Shown here one piece after another: positions 32,707 to 44,059 of a DNA stretch of 64,000 bases. The position numbers and the translations under genes are program-made. The DNA is from Phormidesmis sp. (GTDB lineage Bacteria > Cyanobacteriota > Cyanobacteriia > Leptolyngbyales > Leptolyngbyaceae): positions 1,440,001 to 1,504,000 of the forward strand of contig CBDFJR010000002.1 in the NCBI GenBank assembly GCA_965248535.1, written 5' to 3'. The notes under the pieces are model-generated. The model saw only the letters and a list, made by a program, of their open reading frames with translations, ran no database searches and was not told where the DNA came from. How positions within the stretch are numbered: position 1 is the first letter of the stretch; every line of letters begins with the position of its first letter.

Positions 32707-35700
32707 CTAATCTCCTCGATCGCGCTCCACCCACCTCGGCAACTCGACTCGAAATGTTGAACCTGCCGCCAACTGGCTCTCAACGTCAATTGTGCCACCC
32801 ATCATTTGCACCAGCCACTTAGTGATCGCCAGCCCTAGCCCCGTGCCTGCATGACGACGAGTGCTCGATTGGTCAAGCTGATGAAACTCTTCAAAAATCC
32901 GAACTAGATCATCAGGCGCAATGCCGATGCCCGTATCACGGACTGAGATCACCAAGCGACCTGTTGCCAACCCCCAGACCTCGATCGCGATCACCCCGAC
33001 ATCTGTAAACTTGATCGCGTTTGACAACAAGTTGACCAAAATCTGGCGCAGACGAGCTTTATCATTGACCACCCAGGGATCTTTGAGATGAGAATTGACC
33101 GTTAAACATAACTGCTTTTGATCGGCCAGCGATCGTAGATCTGAAGTCGTTGCAGTCAACAAGTCGCAGAGATTAAATCGTTCAAGCTTTAGCTCTAACC
33201 GTCCGGCTTCGATTTTTGAGAGATCAAGAATATCGTTGATCAGCACCAACAGATTTTTAGCATTGTTGAGAATGCGATCGACCATTTCTGACTGGCCGGG
33301 GCGGAGTTGACTCTGCCGCAGCAAAAGTTGAGAAAACCCCATAATGGCGTTCATCGGAGTCCGCAATTCGTGCGACATGGTAGCTACAAACTGTGACTTG
33401 AGTTGGGCAGCTTCAATCAGTCTGAGGTTTTGAGATTGAATCTGCTGCCGCTGGGTTTCTAAGTCCTGATTTTGCTGCGCCAGAATTGCATTTTGCGTCT
33501 CTAGCCGTCCTTCTCGTTCTTCTAAAGCGTTGATTAATTGGGCATTGTTGAGAGCGATCGCTGCTTGCTCTCCAAAAGCGACCAGCATTCGTGAGTCGTC
33601 TTCATCAAAGGCGGTGGTTCCCTCCCAGTTGCCGATCGCCAGCACGCCTAAACGGCCTGCCTGAGCCGACTCGATCGCTACAGCGCAGAGCGATGCAGGC
33701 AGATGATCTAGTGAAGCGTGAGGAGTTAAGCGCGAAGGATGATCAGACGCGATCGGGCGCGAACTTTGGCGATCAGGTCGAATTAAGTGCGTCTTCCCCG
33801 TCACAAATACATGGCCTAACAGTCCTTCTCCCGGTGCAAACGTTTCATCGATCAAGAAGGCAGCCCGATCGAGTCCGGCGGTTGCTGTTAACTCTAACTG
33901 CTGAGTTTGAGCATTTTGCAGCACAATCAAGCCAAACTCAGCGCTAGGAATGGCCTCACAAATGGCATCGATCATTGCTTGCAGCAAGCCCGGTAGGTCA
34001 GTCAAACGCTGATTGAGGAGATCTGTCAGACGTTGCAGGGTTCTTAACTGCTGCTGTTGTTCACCGAGAATGACGATCGCTTTACGGAGATTTTGTTCGG
34101 CTCTTTGAGTGGCTTGATAGAGACGAGCATTGTCAACAGCAAGGGCGGCACGACGGGCTAGATCTTCAGCGAGCGATAAATCGGCTGGGGTATAGTGTCG
34201 ATTTGACTCGGTTAACGCCAAGGTAATGGTTCCCAAAACTCGCTCTCTAGACCGCAGCGGCACCACCATCGCAGACCGAAATCCAAAGGCTTTTAATTGT
34301 TCATATTGGTCAGAGCTTCCCTGGGTTTGTTGGGCTAATAGCTCATCTGAGATTTGAGCATAGAACTGTGACTGTCCAGTTTTTAACACGGCTGAGAGGC
34401 TGCCCGCAGCTTTGAGATCGAGAGGATAGCGCCGTCGATAATCCTGAAAAGCAGCTAGTTTTTGAGGGTCTGAGTGAAACAAAGCCACTAGCTGAGCCTG
34501 CTCATCTTGCAGGGTGTGAATTATGCACCAGTCAGCCAAATAAGGAACTGAGAGTTGCGCTAGATTTTCTAAAATCGTTGACGCATCTAGGGAAGACGTG
34601 AGCAGCGTGCTGGCATTGGCCAAAAAGCGCTGAGAGTCTTCGGTGCGTTTACGATCGGTGATATCTAAAAAGGCACCTACACAGCCCCGTGGGTTAGCCA
34701 ATTCATCAAACAGAGGGGCAACCTCTGATAACAGGGTGACCACTGTCCCGTTTTGCTGCATCACGTCAAGCTCAACCCCAGAGATGGCTAGGCCCAGGTT
34801 TGCCGATCGCTGCATCGGTAGCTCATCGGCTGCAAGTTCTCTGCCGTTTTGATAAATCTTATAGGCAAGCTGGTCGGCATCAACACGGCTTTTGGACGCA
34901 TTTTCTCCGATCGCAAGTCCTAACTGAGCGCTCATGCTAGCGTTAATTTTGATGTATTGACAGGCAGCGTCTTCTGCGATGCCAATGCCGATCGGAATTA
35001 AATCTAATAGGGTTTGCAGTTCTGCAACTCGGTGTTCTAGATCGCGGTTCAGTTGAACAATCTTTTCCTGAGCCTGCTTGCGTTGCGTAATGTCGCTCAC
35101 AATGCCTGACATTCTGAAAATTTGACCTTGCTGATTGCGTTGAGCTTTGCCCCGCGATGTGCAGTCAATATAATTGCCAGACCCGTGTTGCAGCCTAAAC
35201 TCAACATCAAAGGGGGTCTCTTGATGGAGATGGGCCCGCATGGCTTCTAAAACTCGACGCTGGTCATCTGGGTGAATTAGCTGAAAGAAAGCGCGTTGAG
35301 CCGTGCCGAGGGCTGCCCGCGATCGTCCCACAATTTCCAACATCCGATCGTTGCAAAACACCTCATCATCATAGATATACCAATCCCAAATACCATCATT
35401 TGAGCCTTCTAGCACTAATCGATAGCGCTCTTCGCTCTCCCGAAGTTTTTGGGTCGCTTCGGCAGTCTGCTGCTCTGCGCGATTGACCCGCACAGCACTC
35501 CACAGGCTGCGAGATAGGTTTTCTGGCAGCAGCTTGCTATTAGATAGATAATCGTTTGCGCCTGCCTTCATGAGTTCTACAGCTAGCTGCTCGTCGCCTT
35601 GCTCGGTGATCACAATCAGAGCGATCGCAAACCCGCGATCGCGAATCTGCCTCACCAGACTCAGCCCATTGCCATCTGGCAACTGATAGGTGATCAACGC

Positions 35701-35865
35701 GCAATCAAAAACGGTTTGTTCTAAAAGGGCGATCGCCGAAGCGCTGTTTTGGGCCTCGATCGTCTCTCGAATTCTGACATCTGCGGCCAACAGCGATCGA
35801 CAGAGTGCCATTCGGGTTACGGCATCATCGTCAACCACTAGAATTTTGAGAGAGTCTTCTATCAC
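32707..35865 (-). CDS. Multi-sensor histidine kinase (REC-PAS-PAS-GAF-GAF-HisKA-HATPase)
   Basis: ILVVDDD, SNDGIWDW, LADWC GAF, MSHELRTPMN, NLLSNAIKFT, DTGIGI and GTGLGL motifs. Confidence 0.92.
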   Translation of the reverse strand: MIEDSLKILVVDDDAVTRMALCRSLLAADVRIRETIEAQNSASAIALLEQTVFDCALITYQLPDGNGLSLVRQIRDRGFAIALIVITEQGDEQLAVELMKAGANDYLSNSKLLPENLSRSLWSAVRVNRAEQQTAEATQKLRESEERYRLVLEGSNDGIWDWYIYDDEVFCNDRMLEIVGRSRAALGTAQRAFFQLIHPDDQRRVLEAMRAHLHQETPFDVEFRLQHGSGNYIDCTSRGKAQRNQQGQIFRMSGIVSDITQRKQAQEKIVQLNRDLEHRVAELQTLLDLIPIGIGIAEDAACQYIKINASMSAQLGLAIGENASKSRVDADQLAYKIYQNGRELAADELPMQRSANLGLAISGVELDVMQQNGTVVTLLSEVAPLFDELANPRGCVGAFLDITDRKRTEDSQRFLANASTLLTSSLDASTILENLAQLSVPYLADWCIIHTLQDEQAQLVALFHSDPQKLAAFQDYRRRYPLDLKAAGSLSAVLKTGQSQFYAQISDELLAQQTQGSSDQYEQLKAFGFRSAMVVPLRSRERVLGTITLALTESNRHYTPADLSLAEDLARRAALAVDNARLYQATQRAEQNLRKAIVILGEQQQQLRTLQRLTDLLNQRLTDLPGLLQAMIDAICEAIPSAEFGLIVLQNAQTQQLELTATAGLDRAAFLIDETFAPGEGLLGHVFVTGKTHLIRPDRQSSRPIASDHPSRLTPHASLDHLPASLCAVAIESAQAGRLGVLAIGNWEGTTAFDEDDSRMLVAFGEQAAIALNNAQLINALEEREGRLETQNAILAQQNQDLETQRQQIQSQNLRLIEAAQLKSQFVATMSHELRTPMNAIMGFSQLLLRQSQLRPGQSEMVDRILNNAKNLLVLINDILDLSKIEAGRLELKLERFNLCDLLTATTSDLRSLADQKQLCLTVNSHLKDPWVVNDKARLRQILVNLLSNAIKFTDVGVIAIEVWGLATGRLVISVRDTGIGIAPDDLVRIFEEFHQLDQSSTRRHAGTGLGLAITKWLVQMMGGTIDVESQLAAGSTFRVELPRWVERDRGD

Positions 35866-36244
35866 GGCAGTTTACACAACGTCTAAATTGGATTGCTTAA
35901 ATGGGTTTTAATTGGTTGTCAACCCTCGTCTCAGACAAGTTTTTCTTTTCGATGGCTGTAAATATTTATTATCTCTAGCTTGACACTCCAGATTTAAGAA
36001 TTCATCGACCCTGAGGAGAGTCGAGCCATCTGTAGAGAGGCAGACTCTTTAAAGGCTTTGACTTCGGGTGATTCGCTTCTAGATCGAGATTAAAGTACAC
36101 CCGTATCATCTGAGACGGAAAGATTCTTGGTAAGGTAGAATCACCCCCAACTCAATCTGTTACCTTCCTCCTGTTAGTGTCCTAAAGAGATAAATTTCCC
36201 TCAATTCCGCCTTTAAAATCCACGTATACCCACGCTCATTTTGT

Positions 36245-36796
36245 GTGATTGCTATTTATCCCGGCAGCTTTGACCCCATCACCTTTGGTCACCTCGACAT
36301 TATCAAGCGAGGCAGTCATCTTTTTGATCGGGTGATTGTGGCCGTGCTTCGCAACCCCAATAAGACTCCTCTATTTACCATTCAAGACCGCATGGCTCAG
36401 ATCCGTCAGGCCACTCAACAGTTGACCAACGTCGAAGTTGACAGCTTTGAAGGGTTGACGGTGACCTATGCCAAAGTTCGGGGTGCTAGTGCTCTGCTGC
36501 GAGGGTTGCGGGCTATCTCTGACTTTGAAATGGAGTTGCAGATGGCCCACATCAACAAAACTCTGTTCGATCAGATCGAGACGGTTTTTCTCACCACTTC
36601 CAACGAGTATAGTTTTCTCAGCAGCAGTGTGGTCAAAGAAGTCGCCAGATTTGGCGGTGCGATCGATCATCTCGTCCCACAACACGTCGCCTTAGATATC
36701 TACAAATGCTACGCCAAGACTCATCCCCTAGCATCAGCCCCGACGGACTCCATCCCGGTCATGGAGCCGCCCCCTATCGAGAAGATGGGCGAGTAG
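36245..36796 (+). CDS. coaD: Phosphopantetheine adenylyltransferase
   Basis: [26 protein letters not shown] and SSSVVKEVA motifs. Confidence 0.96.
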   Translation: MIAIYPGSFDPITFGHLDIIKRGSHLFDRVIVAVLRNPNKTPLFTIQDRMAQIRQATQQLTNVEVDSFEGLTVTYAKVRGASALLRGLRAISDFEMELQMAHINKTLFDQIETVFLTTSNEYSFLSSSVVKEVARFGGAIDHLVPQHVALDIYKCYAKTHPLASAPTDSIPVMEPPPIEKMGE

Positions 36797-37425
36797 GCAC
36801 CCCCGACATCCAGCAAGAACTCAATCGCATTGAGGAAATGATTCTCGACAGCCCGCGAGTGCTCTGGAGTCGGCGCACCCTGATCGATGAGGAACAGTTT
36901 CTCGACCAGCTTGACCTGGTGCGGTTGAGCCTGCCCGAAGCGTTTCACGAAGCCGAAGAGATCGTGCGCCAAAAAGACGATATCTTGATGCAGGCCGAGC
37001 AATATGCCCGCGAGATGATCGAAGAGGCTGAACGCCGCGCCGCTCAGATCATGAATGAAACGGGGATCATTCACCAGGCCGAGCTAGAGGCCCAGCAGAT
37101 TCGCCTTCAGCTACAGCAAGAGTGTGACGCGGTGCAAGAGCAAACGATCGCTGAAATCGAGCGCACTCGCCGCCAGGCCGAGCAAGATCTTGAAGAAATG
37201 CGGCGATCGGCGATCGAAGAATGTGAAGACATTCAAAACGGGGCCGATGGCTATGCCGATCGGGTGCTCCGCGATATGGAGGCGCAAATGGCAGAAATGC
37301 TGCGAATCGTTCGCAATGGTCGGCAGCAGCTACAGATCAATCAGCCCGATGTGCAAGCGGCCCGCACCAAAGAAAGTGTGGGACGGGCTAACCAAGCTGG
37401 GAAGAGTGGGGAGCGAAAAAATTGA
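36706..37425 (+). CDS. cdv3: DivIVA-like coiled-coil cell division protein (Cdv3-like)
   Basis: [13 protein letters not shown]...[12 protein letters not shown]...ADGYADRVL; position after coaD. Confidence 0.7.
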   Translation: MLRQDSSPSISPDGLHPGHGAAPYREDGRVGTPDIQQELNRIEEMILDSPRVLWSRRTLIDEEQFLDQLDLVRLSLPEAFHEAEEIVRQKDDILMQAEQYAREMIEEAERRAAQIMNETGIIHQAELEAQQIRLQLQQECDAVQEQTIAEIERTRRQAEQDLEEMRRSAIEECEDIQNGADGYADRVLRDMEAQMAEMLRIVRNGRQQLQINQPDVQAARTKESVGRANQAGKSGERKN

Positions 37426-37434
37426 GACCGCAGG

Positions 37435-38040
37435 TCAGGGTTCCTCGCTTTTGAGGCGCTCAATCTCTTGATAAGCCCGCTGACAGCGATCGAACAGATC
37501 GGCTGAAATCGCCCCATCGCTAAAACATAGCTGCTCATGAGTGCGAATCAACGTCTGATAGGCCTGAGATTGAGGAAGCGGCTGCACCACCTGCCAATAT
37601 TCGCCATCGGTGCGACTCGATTGATGAGGCACTAGCTTGGTGTCGTTCAATCGTTGCAGCATGGCCAGATAGAGGGCGCGACAGGCTTCTCGATAGTTGC
37701 CCTGACGCTGAAACTCCTGCATCTGACGCATCCAGCCTGCAACCGTTTGTTCTTCTTTTGGAGCGGTCTTGCGGCGCGGCCATTGGGCAGATTGGGACTG
37801 CGATCGCGTCCAATAGGGCGCAAGCAGCCGAATGAGTTGCCAACCTAGCCAGAGGCCTGCTGAGAGCACGATCGCCCAAAACATCACCTCCAAAATCCAG
37901 GTCGGAAATGACCACTCTGGAACCTGAGGCAGATGGGGAGAGTTTTTAGGAAATCTCGCCTCAAACCATTCGCCGACACGCTGCCCTAACTGCTGAAGTT
38001 GCCAGCCCAGGCTATTTTTGTCAAAACTGTCTGCCGCCAT
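37435..38040 (-). CDS. DUF4129-type membrane protein
   Basis: TM helix, then GNYREACRALY...SRTDGEY. Confidence 0.75.
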   Translation of the reverse strand: MAADSFDKNSLGWQLQQLGQRVGEWFEARFPKNSPHLPQVPEWSFPTWILEVMFWAIVLSAGLWLGWQLIRLLAPYWTRSQSQSAQWPRRKTAPKEEQTVAGWMRQMQEFQRQGNYREACRALYLAMLQRLNDTKLVPHQSSRTDGEYWQVVQPLPQSQAYQTLIRTHEQLCFSDGAISADLFDRCQRAYQEIERLKSEEP

Positions 38041-38132
38041 TGAGTGCCCTTCAACGCTGAAAAAGTCTCTGCCAAAATAGCGGTAACCCTGGGATAACGC
38101 ATCTCCTGAGAAGACTCTTAATTGTAGTCTGA

Positions 38133-38750
38133 CTACTTCAAAAAGCTGCTAACGAGCCACAAAACCACAAACGTCACTAGGCTGACAAAAACCTCTGCCC
38201 CTAGCTGAACGGGGAGATAGACGCTTAGAAGGCTCTCTAGGGCCGCACCGATCGCAAACCCTAACAGCAGCCCGCCCAACCCTATTAAGACCGCCTTGCC
38301 TAACTTTCGCTCTTTTCGGTAGAGAAAATACAGCGTAGACCCCACACTGACCGACATGGCCAGTTGCAGGACGGCATCGGTTGGGGAAAGCACCACCAAC
38401 CCACCCAACAAAAATTGAACCCCCGCCGGGAGGGCTATGTCTACCCTACCCGGAGTATCAACTAGATTAGTCAACCACTCAGGTGAGCTTTTAGGCAGGG
38501 CCGGGAGGGCAGACGGAGATGCTTGAGCCAGTTTCTCAGGAAAACGAATCCGATCGGGGACGGGAATTTTCCCTTCCTGACGCATCTTGAGCCGCTCCAT
38601 TAACACCGAATCATAGGCAGCTTCTACTTCGAGTCGCTGCTTTTCATCACCCGCAGACGCTTCTAATAGCTGACTGCGGGCACTTTGAATCTCCTCAAAG
38701 GTTGCCCCTTCAGGGACTCCAAGCTTTTCGTAGGGATTTCGATCGCTCAT
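38133..38750 (-). CDS. CPP1-like (DUF3353) J-like membrane protein
   Basis: NPYEKLGV...ATFEEIQ...EAAYDSVLMERLKMRQEGKI and C-terminal TM helices. Confidence 0.8.
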   Translation of the reverse strand: MSDRNPYEKLGVPEGATFEEIQSARSQLLEASAGDEKQRLEVEAAYDSVLMERLKMRQEGKIPVPDRIRFPEKLAQASPSALPALPKSSPEWLTNLVDTPGRVDIALPAGVQFLLGGLVVLSPTDAVLQLAMSVSVGSTLYFLYRKERKLGKAVLIGLGGLLLGFAIGAALESLLSVYLPVQLGAEVFVSLVTFVVLWLVSSFLK

Positions 38751-38969
38751 CTGCTATTACTCCACCTTCTCTCTAAGGTAACTTAGGGCGACGCGGGTCA
38801 CAAGCTTTTTTGAGGAAACCGCAGCTTATCAGGATATTCTAGTCAAAACCTGAGGCATACTTAATGCTGATGGCAAACTTATCCTGTGTAATACAGATCT
38901 AGGTATCATTTTATCTAGCTCTGCAAGTCACCTTTAGTTTCCACCACTACCCTCTCTCAACGCAAGGTT

Positions 38970-39674
38970 ATGGTCATGGCTCCAGCCAAGATTCTCGTAG
39001 TAGACGATGATCCCGCAATTCGGAAGTTGATCCATCGCTATCTCACTCAGCAAAGCTACCAAATGGAGTCTGCTGAAGACGGTAAAACTGCCTTGACGAT
39101 GTTTGAGCAGTTCAACCCCGATCTCGTCATTCTAGATGTAAATCTGCCTGATGCCAATGGCTACAATCTCTGTCAAGAGATGCAGAGCCGCACCGGGGTG
39201 TTTGTGCTGATGTTAACCAGTCGCACTGACGAAGCAGACAAGATTCGCGGGTTTAGCCAGGGTGCCGATGACTACATCACCAAGCCCTTTAGCCTAGGCG
39301 AGTTGGGCGTGCGGGTTGGCGCAATTCTCAAACGTCAGAGAATCGTCACAACCGCCGAGCAGCAGTGTCTCAGCTTTGACAAGTTGGTGATCGACCCTGT
39401 GCGCCGTGAGGTTAAGCTCAACGAAGACTTTGTGCCCCTGACGGCCCTAGAGTTTGATTTGCTGCATTTTTTGGCGAGTCATCCGGGTCGGGTGTGGCGA
39501 CGAGCCGAGTTGATTCAAGAAGTCTGGGACTACGAATATGTAGGAGACCAGCGGGTAGTGGATGTCCACATTGGTCAAATTCGCAAAAAGATTGAGATTG
39601 ACACTAGTCAACCTGCCTTGATTCAAACCGTTCGGGGAGTTGGCTATAAGTTTGAGTCACCCGCTGCCGTCTAG
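38970..39674 (+). CDS. OmpR-family response regulator
   Basis: ILVVDDD, DLVILD, GADDYITKPF and winged-helix RVVDVHIGQIRKKIE...TVRGVGY. Confidence 0.93.
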   Translation: MVMAPAKILVVDDDPAIRKLIHRYLTQQSYQMESAEDGKTALTMFEQFNPDLVILDVNLPDANGYNLCQEMQSRTGVFVLMLTSRTDEADKIRGFSQGADDYITKPFSLGELGVRVGAILKRQRIVTTAEQQCLSFDKLVIDPVRREVKLNEDFVPLTALEFDLLHFLASHPGRVWRRAELIQEVWDYEYVGDQRVVDVHIGQIRKKIEIDTSQPALIQTVRGVGYKFESPAAV

Positions 39675-39678
39675 AGAT

Positions 39679-39704
39679 TAGGGCGAACTAAGGTTCGCCC
39701 CTAC
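39679..39704 (-). repeat. GTAG-type REP-like palindrome between convergent genes
   Basis: Minus strand GTAG-GGGCGAAC-CTTA-GTTCGCCC-TA. Confidence 0.6.
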
Positions 39705-39712
39705 GAACGTGA

Positions 39713-40390
39713 TTAACTCAGCCCTGATTCCTGCGTTTCACTGATCTCTCCCGCAGGAAAGCAAACCTTGGTGCCGCCTAACCCGCAGTAACCACCAGGG
39801 TTTTTAGCGAGATATTGCTGGTGATAGGCTTCTGCGTAGTAGAACTCAGGCGCATCTAGAATCTCAGTCGAAATTGTCCCAAGCCCTTCTTGTTTGAGGG
39901 CTTGCTGGTAGACATCACGAGACGCTTCTGCCAGTCGGCGCTGCTCGTCAGAATAGACGTAGATGCCCGATCGATACTGGGTTCCAACGTCGTTGCCTTG
40001 GCGCATCCCCTGGGTAGGGTTGTGGCTCTCCCAAAAGACTTTTAGCAGGTTTTCATAGCTGACCACAGTCGGGTCAAAGACCACGAGCACGACTTCGTTA
40101 TGACCTGTTCTGCCTGAGCAGACTTCTTGATAGGTGGGGTTTGGGGTGGCTCCTGCGGCGTAGCCAACGGCGGTGGTGAAGACCCCGTTTTGCTGCCAAA
40201 ATTTGCGCTCTGCGCCCCAAAAGCATCCAAAGCCAAACACAGCCGTCTGCATCCCTGCTGGAAATGGTGGCTGGAGCGGGTTGCCGTTGACATAGTGGCT
40301 TGAAGGCACTGACATCGTTTCTGCCCGCCCTGGCAAGGCTTCTTCAGGGGTGGGCAAGCTCTGCTTTTTGCCAAGTCCGAATAACACCAT
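39713..40390 (-). CDS. msrA: Peptide methionine sulfoxide reductase A
   Basis: [29 protein letters not shown] and [12 protein letters not shown] motifs; start placed at MVLFG. Confidence 0.96.
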   Translation of the reverse strand: MVLFGLGKKQSLPTPEEALPGRAETMSVPSSHYVNGNPLQPPFPAGMQTAVFGFGCFWGAERKFWQQNGVFTTAVGYAAGATPNPTYQEVCSGRTGHNEVVLVVFDPTVVSYENLLKVFWESHNPTQGMRQGNDVGTQYRSGIYVYSDEQRRLAEASRDVYQQALKQEGLGTISTEILDAPEFYYAEAYHQQYLAKNPGGYCGLGGTKVCFPAGEISETQESGLS

Positions 40391-40590
40391 TGGTTTAACT
40401 CTATTTTTGGAATGAATCTTTACAGGCTTTGATTTTAACGTATCTGTTTGTCGGCTCAAGTGGTGGGAACCGCCCGATCGTCCCACTTCTTTTGCCAACG
40501 GGTGCGTCTCTAAATTCTCTCTCCGCGTATACCATGCTTTAAATGGGTCGTCTGTCATTTCCATTACGGCAATTTTCGTTTCTCTAAAGC

Positions 40591-42021
40591 ATGAAACTCT
40601 CGTCAATATCCAGGGCGTTTTTTCAAATCAAATGGGGGACGGTGGGCGCAATTGGGCTGTTGTCAGGGGCGGCGGCACTGCTGATTACGGGGGCGTGGCT
40701 CAGTGTGGAATTCATTCTCGATCCGCGATCGGTGATTTGGCTCAATTCCTATCTGCCAGATGGGTCAAAAATTCTCGTTGCGGGATCAGAGGATCTGAGA
40801 ACACTGGCCGAATTGCAAGAAGCCATGAAGAAAACGGGACGGGCGATCGGCGACCCTATTTTATTAGACAGCAATTCAAAGACATCCAAAAAATCTTCAG
40901 ATCTTCTTCTGCCTGTTCTGACTCACCCAGAAGCCTGCGATCGGGAGTGTGATCGGGTCACAGAGCTAAGAGTTTATCGTCCGATCCCCGACTCTCATCG
41001 GAGCAAGCCAGAAGAGCTTCAGCTAATCAGTCAGCTTACGATCGCGGGAGTAGACGAATCTTTTGTGCTGGCTCCGTTTGCGGCCGCCGGAGGCGACGAT
41101 CAAGGCACAACCCGCACCTTGCCTTTAACGACACTGCAACGGTTTGAAGATAAGGCTCCGGCCCAGGGCATTTGGTTTAACCTGAGCGGGCAGCGATCGC
41201 AAGGAGACGACTCAGTAGCCTATGGAGAGATTGTTCACTACAACCCTGGACAGACTTATCTCAGCGTTTTGTTGCGATGGACAAGCCCGATCGGAGAAGC
41301 CCCCGTCTGGCAAAAACGAGCTAAGGGAATGCTGTCTACGCTGGTGGTCAATCAATCGATCGGGCTAGAACCCCATTTTGAGTTTTACCAGGTGAGGGCC
41401 CGCAAATTTATTCCTGATCCCCTGCAAATGCTGCCCGTGTCGCTAACAGAACCTGCGTTGGACACTGGGGCGTTTGTCGATGGGCTTTTTTTAGCGCGAA
41501 ACGGCTTGTGGTCAACCGCCCTAGAGTTTTTGCAGTCGGTTAAAAGTCGCTCGACTTCGGCTGAGTGGTCAACCAATGCCCAAGCGCAACTGGATCTGAT
41601 CGAGCGCCACGCTCAAGTCACCCGATTGCAAGCCGAAAAACCGTGGGCCAATGCCAGCCAACAAGTCTTGGTCAATCTCATTGATGGGCGTTGGGCAAAA
41701 GCCACGCAGGTGCTGCAAGCCTCTCCTAACGATCGAGATGAGATCACCAATCTGTTAAAAAGCGATCCGGGGCGTTTGTGGAAGCGGGTGAGTGCCCTGC
41801 TGCGGGTGAACCCAACTCGGCAGGATGTGCAGACCTGGGGAGCGCTGATTGTGATGGCACAGCAAGATAAGCTGAGGGCGATCGCGTGGCTTAAAAAGCA
41901 GCCTCAAGAGTCTTCGGCAAGCCGCGCTCAAATCATCCGATTGTTAAACCAACTAGACGGCACCTTAGACACCCCCTTAAACGATAAGTTGGGTCAGCCC
42001 CAAACGCCGCTGCCTCACTAA
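40591..42021 (+). CDS. Conserved hypothetical membrane-anchored protein
   Basis: 476 aa, N-terminal TM helix, helical C-terminus. Confidence 0.7.
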   Translation: MKLSSISRAFFQIKWGTVGAIGLLSGAAALLITGAWLSVEFILDPRSVIWLNSYLPDGSKILVAGSEDLRTLAELQEAMKKTGRAIGDPILLDSNSKTSKKSSDLLLPVLTHPEACDRECDRVTELRVYRPIPDSHRSKPEELQLISQLTIAGVDESFVLAPFAAAGGDDQGTTRTLPLTTLQRFEDKAPAQGIWFNLSGQRSQGDDSVAYGEIVHYNPGQTYLSVLLRWTSPIGEAPVWQKRAKGMLSTLVVNQSIGLEPHFEFYQVRARKFIPDPLQMLPVSLTEPALDTGAFVDGLFLARNGLWSTALEFLQSVKSRSTSAEWSTNAQAQLDLIERHAQVTRLQAEKPWANASQQVLVNLIDGRWAKATQVLQASPNDRDEITNLLKSDPGRLWKRVSALLRVNPTRQDVQTWGALIVMAQQDKLRAIAWLKKQPQESSASRAQIIRLLNQLDGTLDTPLNDKLGQPQTPLPH

Positions 42022-42155
42022 AAAGACGAGACGGTTTTATAGAAATCTCTCAACAAGTCATCATTCTAAGCAGTAATGCAATAGACCAATGCCTACTCTA
42101 GATGCCCTAGGGGGGCATAAGAAGCAGTATTTAGCGTTCAATCACCCAAGCTTTG

Positions 42156-42264
42156 TTGAGAATTAATAGCAAAAAGCTCTTGACAAAGTTCCCTCAAACA
42201 TCACCATAATAGGACGGTTAATAATTATCGTCTAAACCATAAATAAGAACGATAATAATTATCG
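42156..42264 (+). promoter_or_regulatory. Promoter with Fur-family (Fur/Zur) operator-like boxes
   Basis: TTGAGAATTAATAGCAA (42156), TTGACA...CATAAT, GGTTAATAATTATCG and the 7-1-7 palindrome CGATAAT-A-ATTATCG (42250-42264). Confidence 0.6.
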
Positions 42265-42346
42265 CTTGTGACCTTGCTTGACTTCCATTCAGTCACGCAA
42301 AGCCACTGAGACAAGCCATTTCATTTACCTGGGTGTGAGACGACCT

Positions 42347-43981
42347 ATGACGAACCTTCTTTTCAAACCTGTCTGGCTAACCCTAGGGATCGTGGCCGCC
42401 AGTTTGCCCCTTTCATCAGTGTCTGCTGCGGCTGGCGTTCCGGTGAGGGTGCCTGCTCAAGCAGCCGAGGCAGTCTCTTTAGAATCTGGAGACAACGAGA
42501 CCAGCGAGACTGCCTTATCTCAAGTCACCTCGGTTTCTCAATTGACCGATGTGCGCCCGACCGATTGGGCCTTTCAAGCCCTGCAATCTTTGGTTGAGCG
42601 GTATGGCTGCATTGCGGGCTATCCTGACAAAACCTATCGCGGCAACCGGGCCCTGACTCGCTATGAGTTTGCGGCGGGGCTAAATGCGTGTCTCGATCGC
42701 GTCAACGAACTGATCGCGGCGGCCACCACTGATCTCGTCAAAAAAGAAGATCTGGCAACGCTGCAAAAACTCCAAGAAGAATTTGCCGCAGAACTGGCCA
42801 CCCTGCGCGGTCGCGTTGATGCCCTAGAAGCGCGCACCACAACTTTAGAAAAGCAGCAATTTTCAACCACCACCAAGCTCAATGGCGAAGTGGTAGTGGG
42901 CATTGCGGGAGTGGCAGCAGGTAGAAGGATTAGCGGTCGAGAAGTCTCGAAAAATACGATCGTCGGCGATCGGGTTCGTCTCAATCTAGACACCAGCTTT
43001 ACGGGTAAAGACTTACTGCGGACTCGGCTGCAAGCCTCAAACTTAACCCCGCTGCCTGCGGCTAGCGACAATGGCGACTTTCTGACCCACGAAGGAAACT
43101 TTAGGTTTGCAGGCGCGGGCAACAACACCCTCGGACTAGATGCCCTGCTCTATCAGTTTCCGTTAGGGGAGAAAACGACGGTCACGATCGAGGCAAACGC
43201 GGGCGCGATCGACGACTTTACCGATACTCTAAATCCCTTTTTAGACGGGGATGGTGCAGTCGGTGCCCTGACCCACTTTGGCACTCGCAACTCTATTTAC
43301 TATCTCGTCAATGGCACAGGTCTGGGGTTGCGTCACTCGTTTGGCGATGCGCTAGAGTTGAGCCTCGGCTATTTGGCAAACGATGCCGCCAGCCCAGTGA
43401 ATGGGTCAGGCTTGTTGAATGGCCCCTATGGCGCGATCGCTCAGTTGACTTTCAAGCCCAGCAAAGCCCTGGCATTAGGACTGACCTACATCCACTCTTA
43501 CAACACCGACTTTACGGCAAACGGCAGCGTCGGCAGTGACCTGGCTAACTTTCGTGAAAGCACAGGGTTGGCCACCTCTGCCAATGCTTATGGGGTAGAA
43601 GCATCCTTTAAGCTGAGTCCTAAGATCAACCTCAATGGCTCGGTGGGCTACACCAACGCTCAAACGCTGACAGGTGCTAAAGGCAATTTTGAGATCTGGA
43701 ACTGGTCAGTCGGTCTAGCCCTGCCTGATCTAGGCAAAAAAGGCAACTTGGGGGGGATCATCGTTGGCATGGAGCCGAAGGTCACAGGCAGCAGCGGCAC
43801 CTTGGGGCAAACCTTTGGGCGCGATCGCGACACCTCGCTGCACGTCGAAGGCTTTTATCAATATCAGTTGACCGACAACATCGCCCTCACGCCGGGCATT
43901 GTCTGGCTCACGGCTCCGAACCATAACGATCGTAACGACGATGTGGTGATTGGCACCGTTCGGGCAACTTTCACGTTCTAA
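42347..43981 (+). CDS. Cyanobacterial SLH-domain porin (SomA/OprB, iron-uptake porin family)
   Basis: QVTSVSQLTDVRPTDWAFQALQSLVERYGCIAGYPD, QFSTTTKLNGE and terminal RATFTF. Confidence 0.93.
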   Translation: MTNLLFKPVWLTLGIVAASLPLSSVSAAAGVPVRVPAQAAEAVSLESGDNETSETALSQVTSVSQLTDVRPTDWAFQALQSLVERYGCIAGYPDKTYRGNRALTRYEFAAGLNACLDRVNELIAAATTDLVKKEDLATLQKLQEEFAAELATLRGRVDALEARTTTLEKQQFSTTTKLNGEVVVGIAGVAAGRRISGREVSKNTIVGDRVRLNLDTSFTGKDLLRTRLQASNLTPLPAASDNGDFLTHEGNFRFAGAGNNTLGLDALLYQFPLGEKTTVTIEANAGAIDDFTDTLNPFLDGDGAVGALTHFGTRNSIYYLVNGTGLGLRHSFGDALELSLGYLANDAASPVNGSGLLNGPYGAIAQLTFKPSKALALGLTYIHSYNTDFTANGSVGSDLANFRESTGLATSANAYGVEASFKLSPKINLNGSVGYTNAQTLTGAKGNFEIWNWSVGLALPDLGKKGNLGGIIVGMEPKVTGSSGTLGQTFGRDRDTSLHVEGFYQYQLTDNIALTPGIVWLTAPNHNDRNDDVVIGTVRATFTF

Positions 43982-43994
43982 AATAGCCAAACAA

Positions 43995-44030
43995 AAAGTC
44001 CCCAACTGATCAAACCATTGGGGACTCTTT
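43995..44030. terminator. Probable bidirectional terminator
   Basis: AAAAGTCCCCAA...TTGGGGACTCTTT between convergent genes. Confidence 0.6.
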
Positions 44031-44059
44031 ACTACAAGTGACTATAAGAACGCAATGCC

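Noticed and set aside
32491..32798. Two opposing ORFs of 89 and 94 aa
   Set aside because: They are read-throughs of the MITE-like element and the kinase 3' end.
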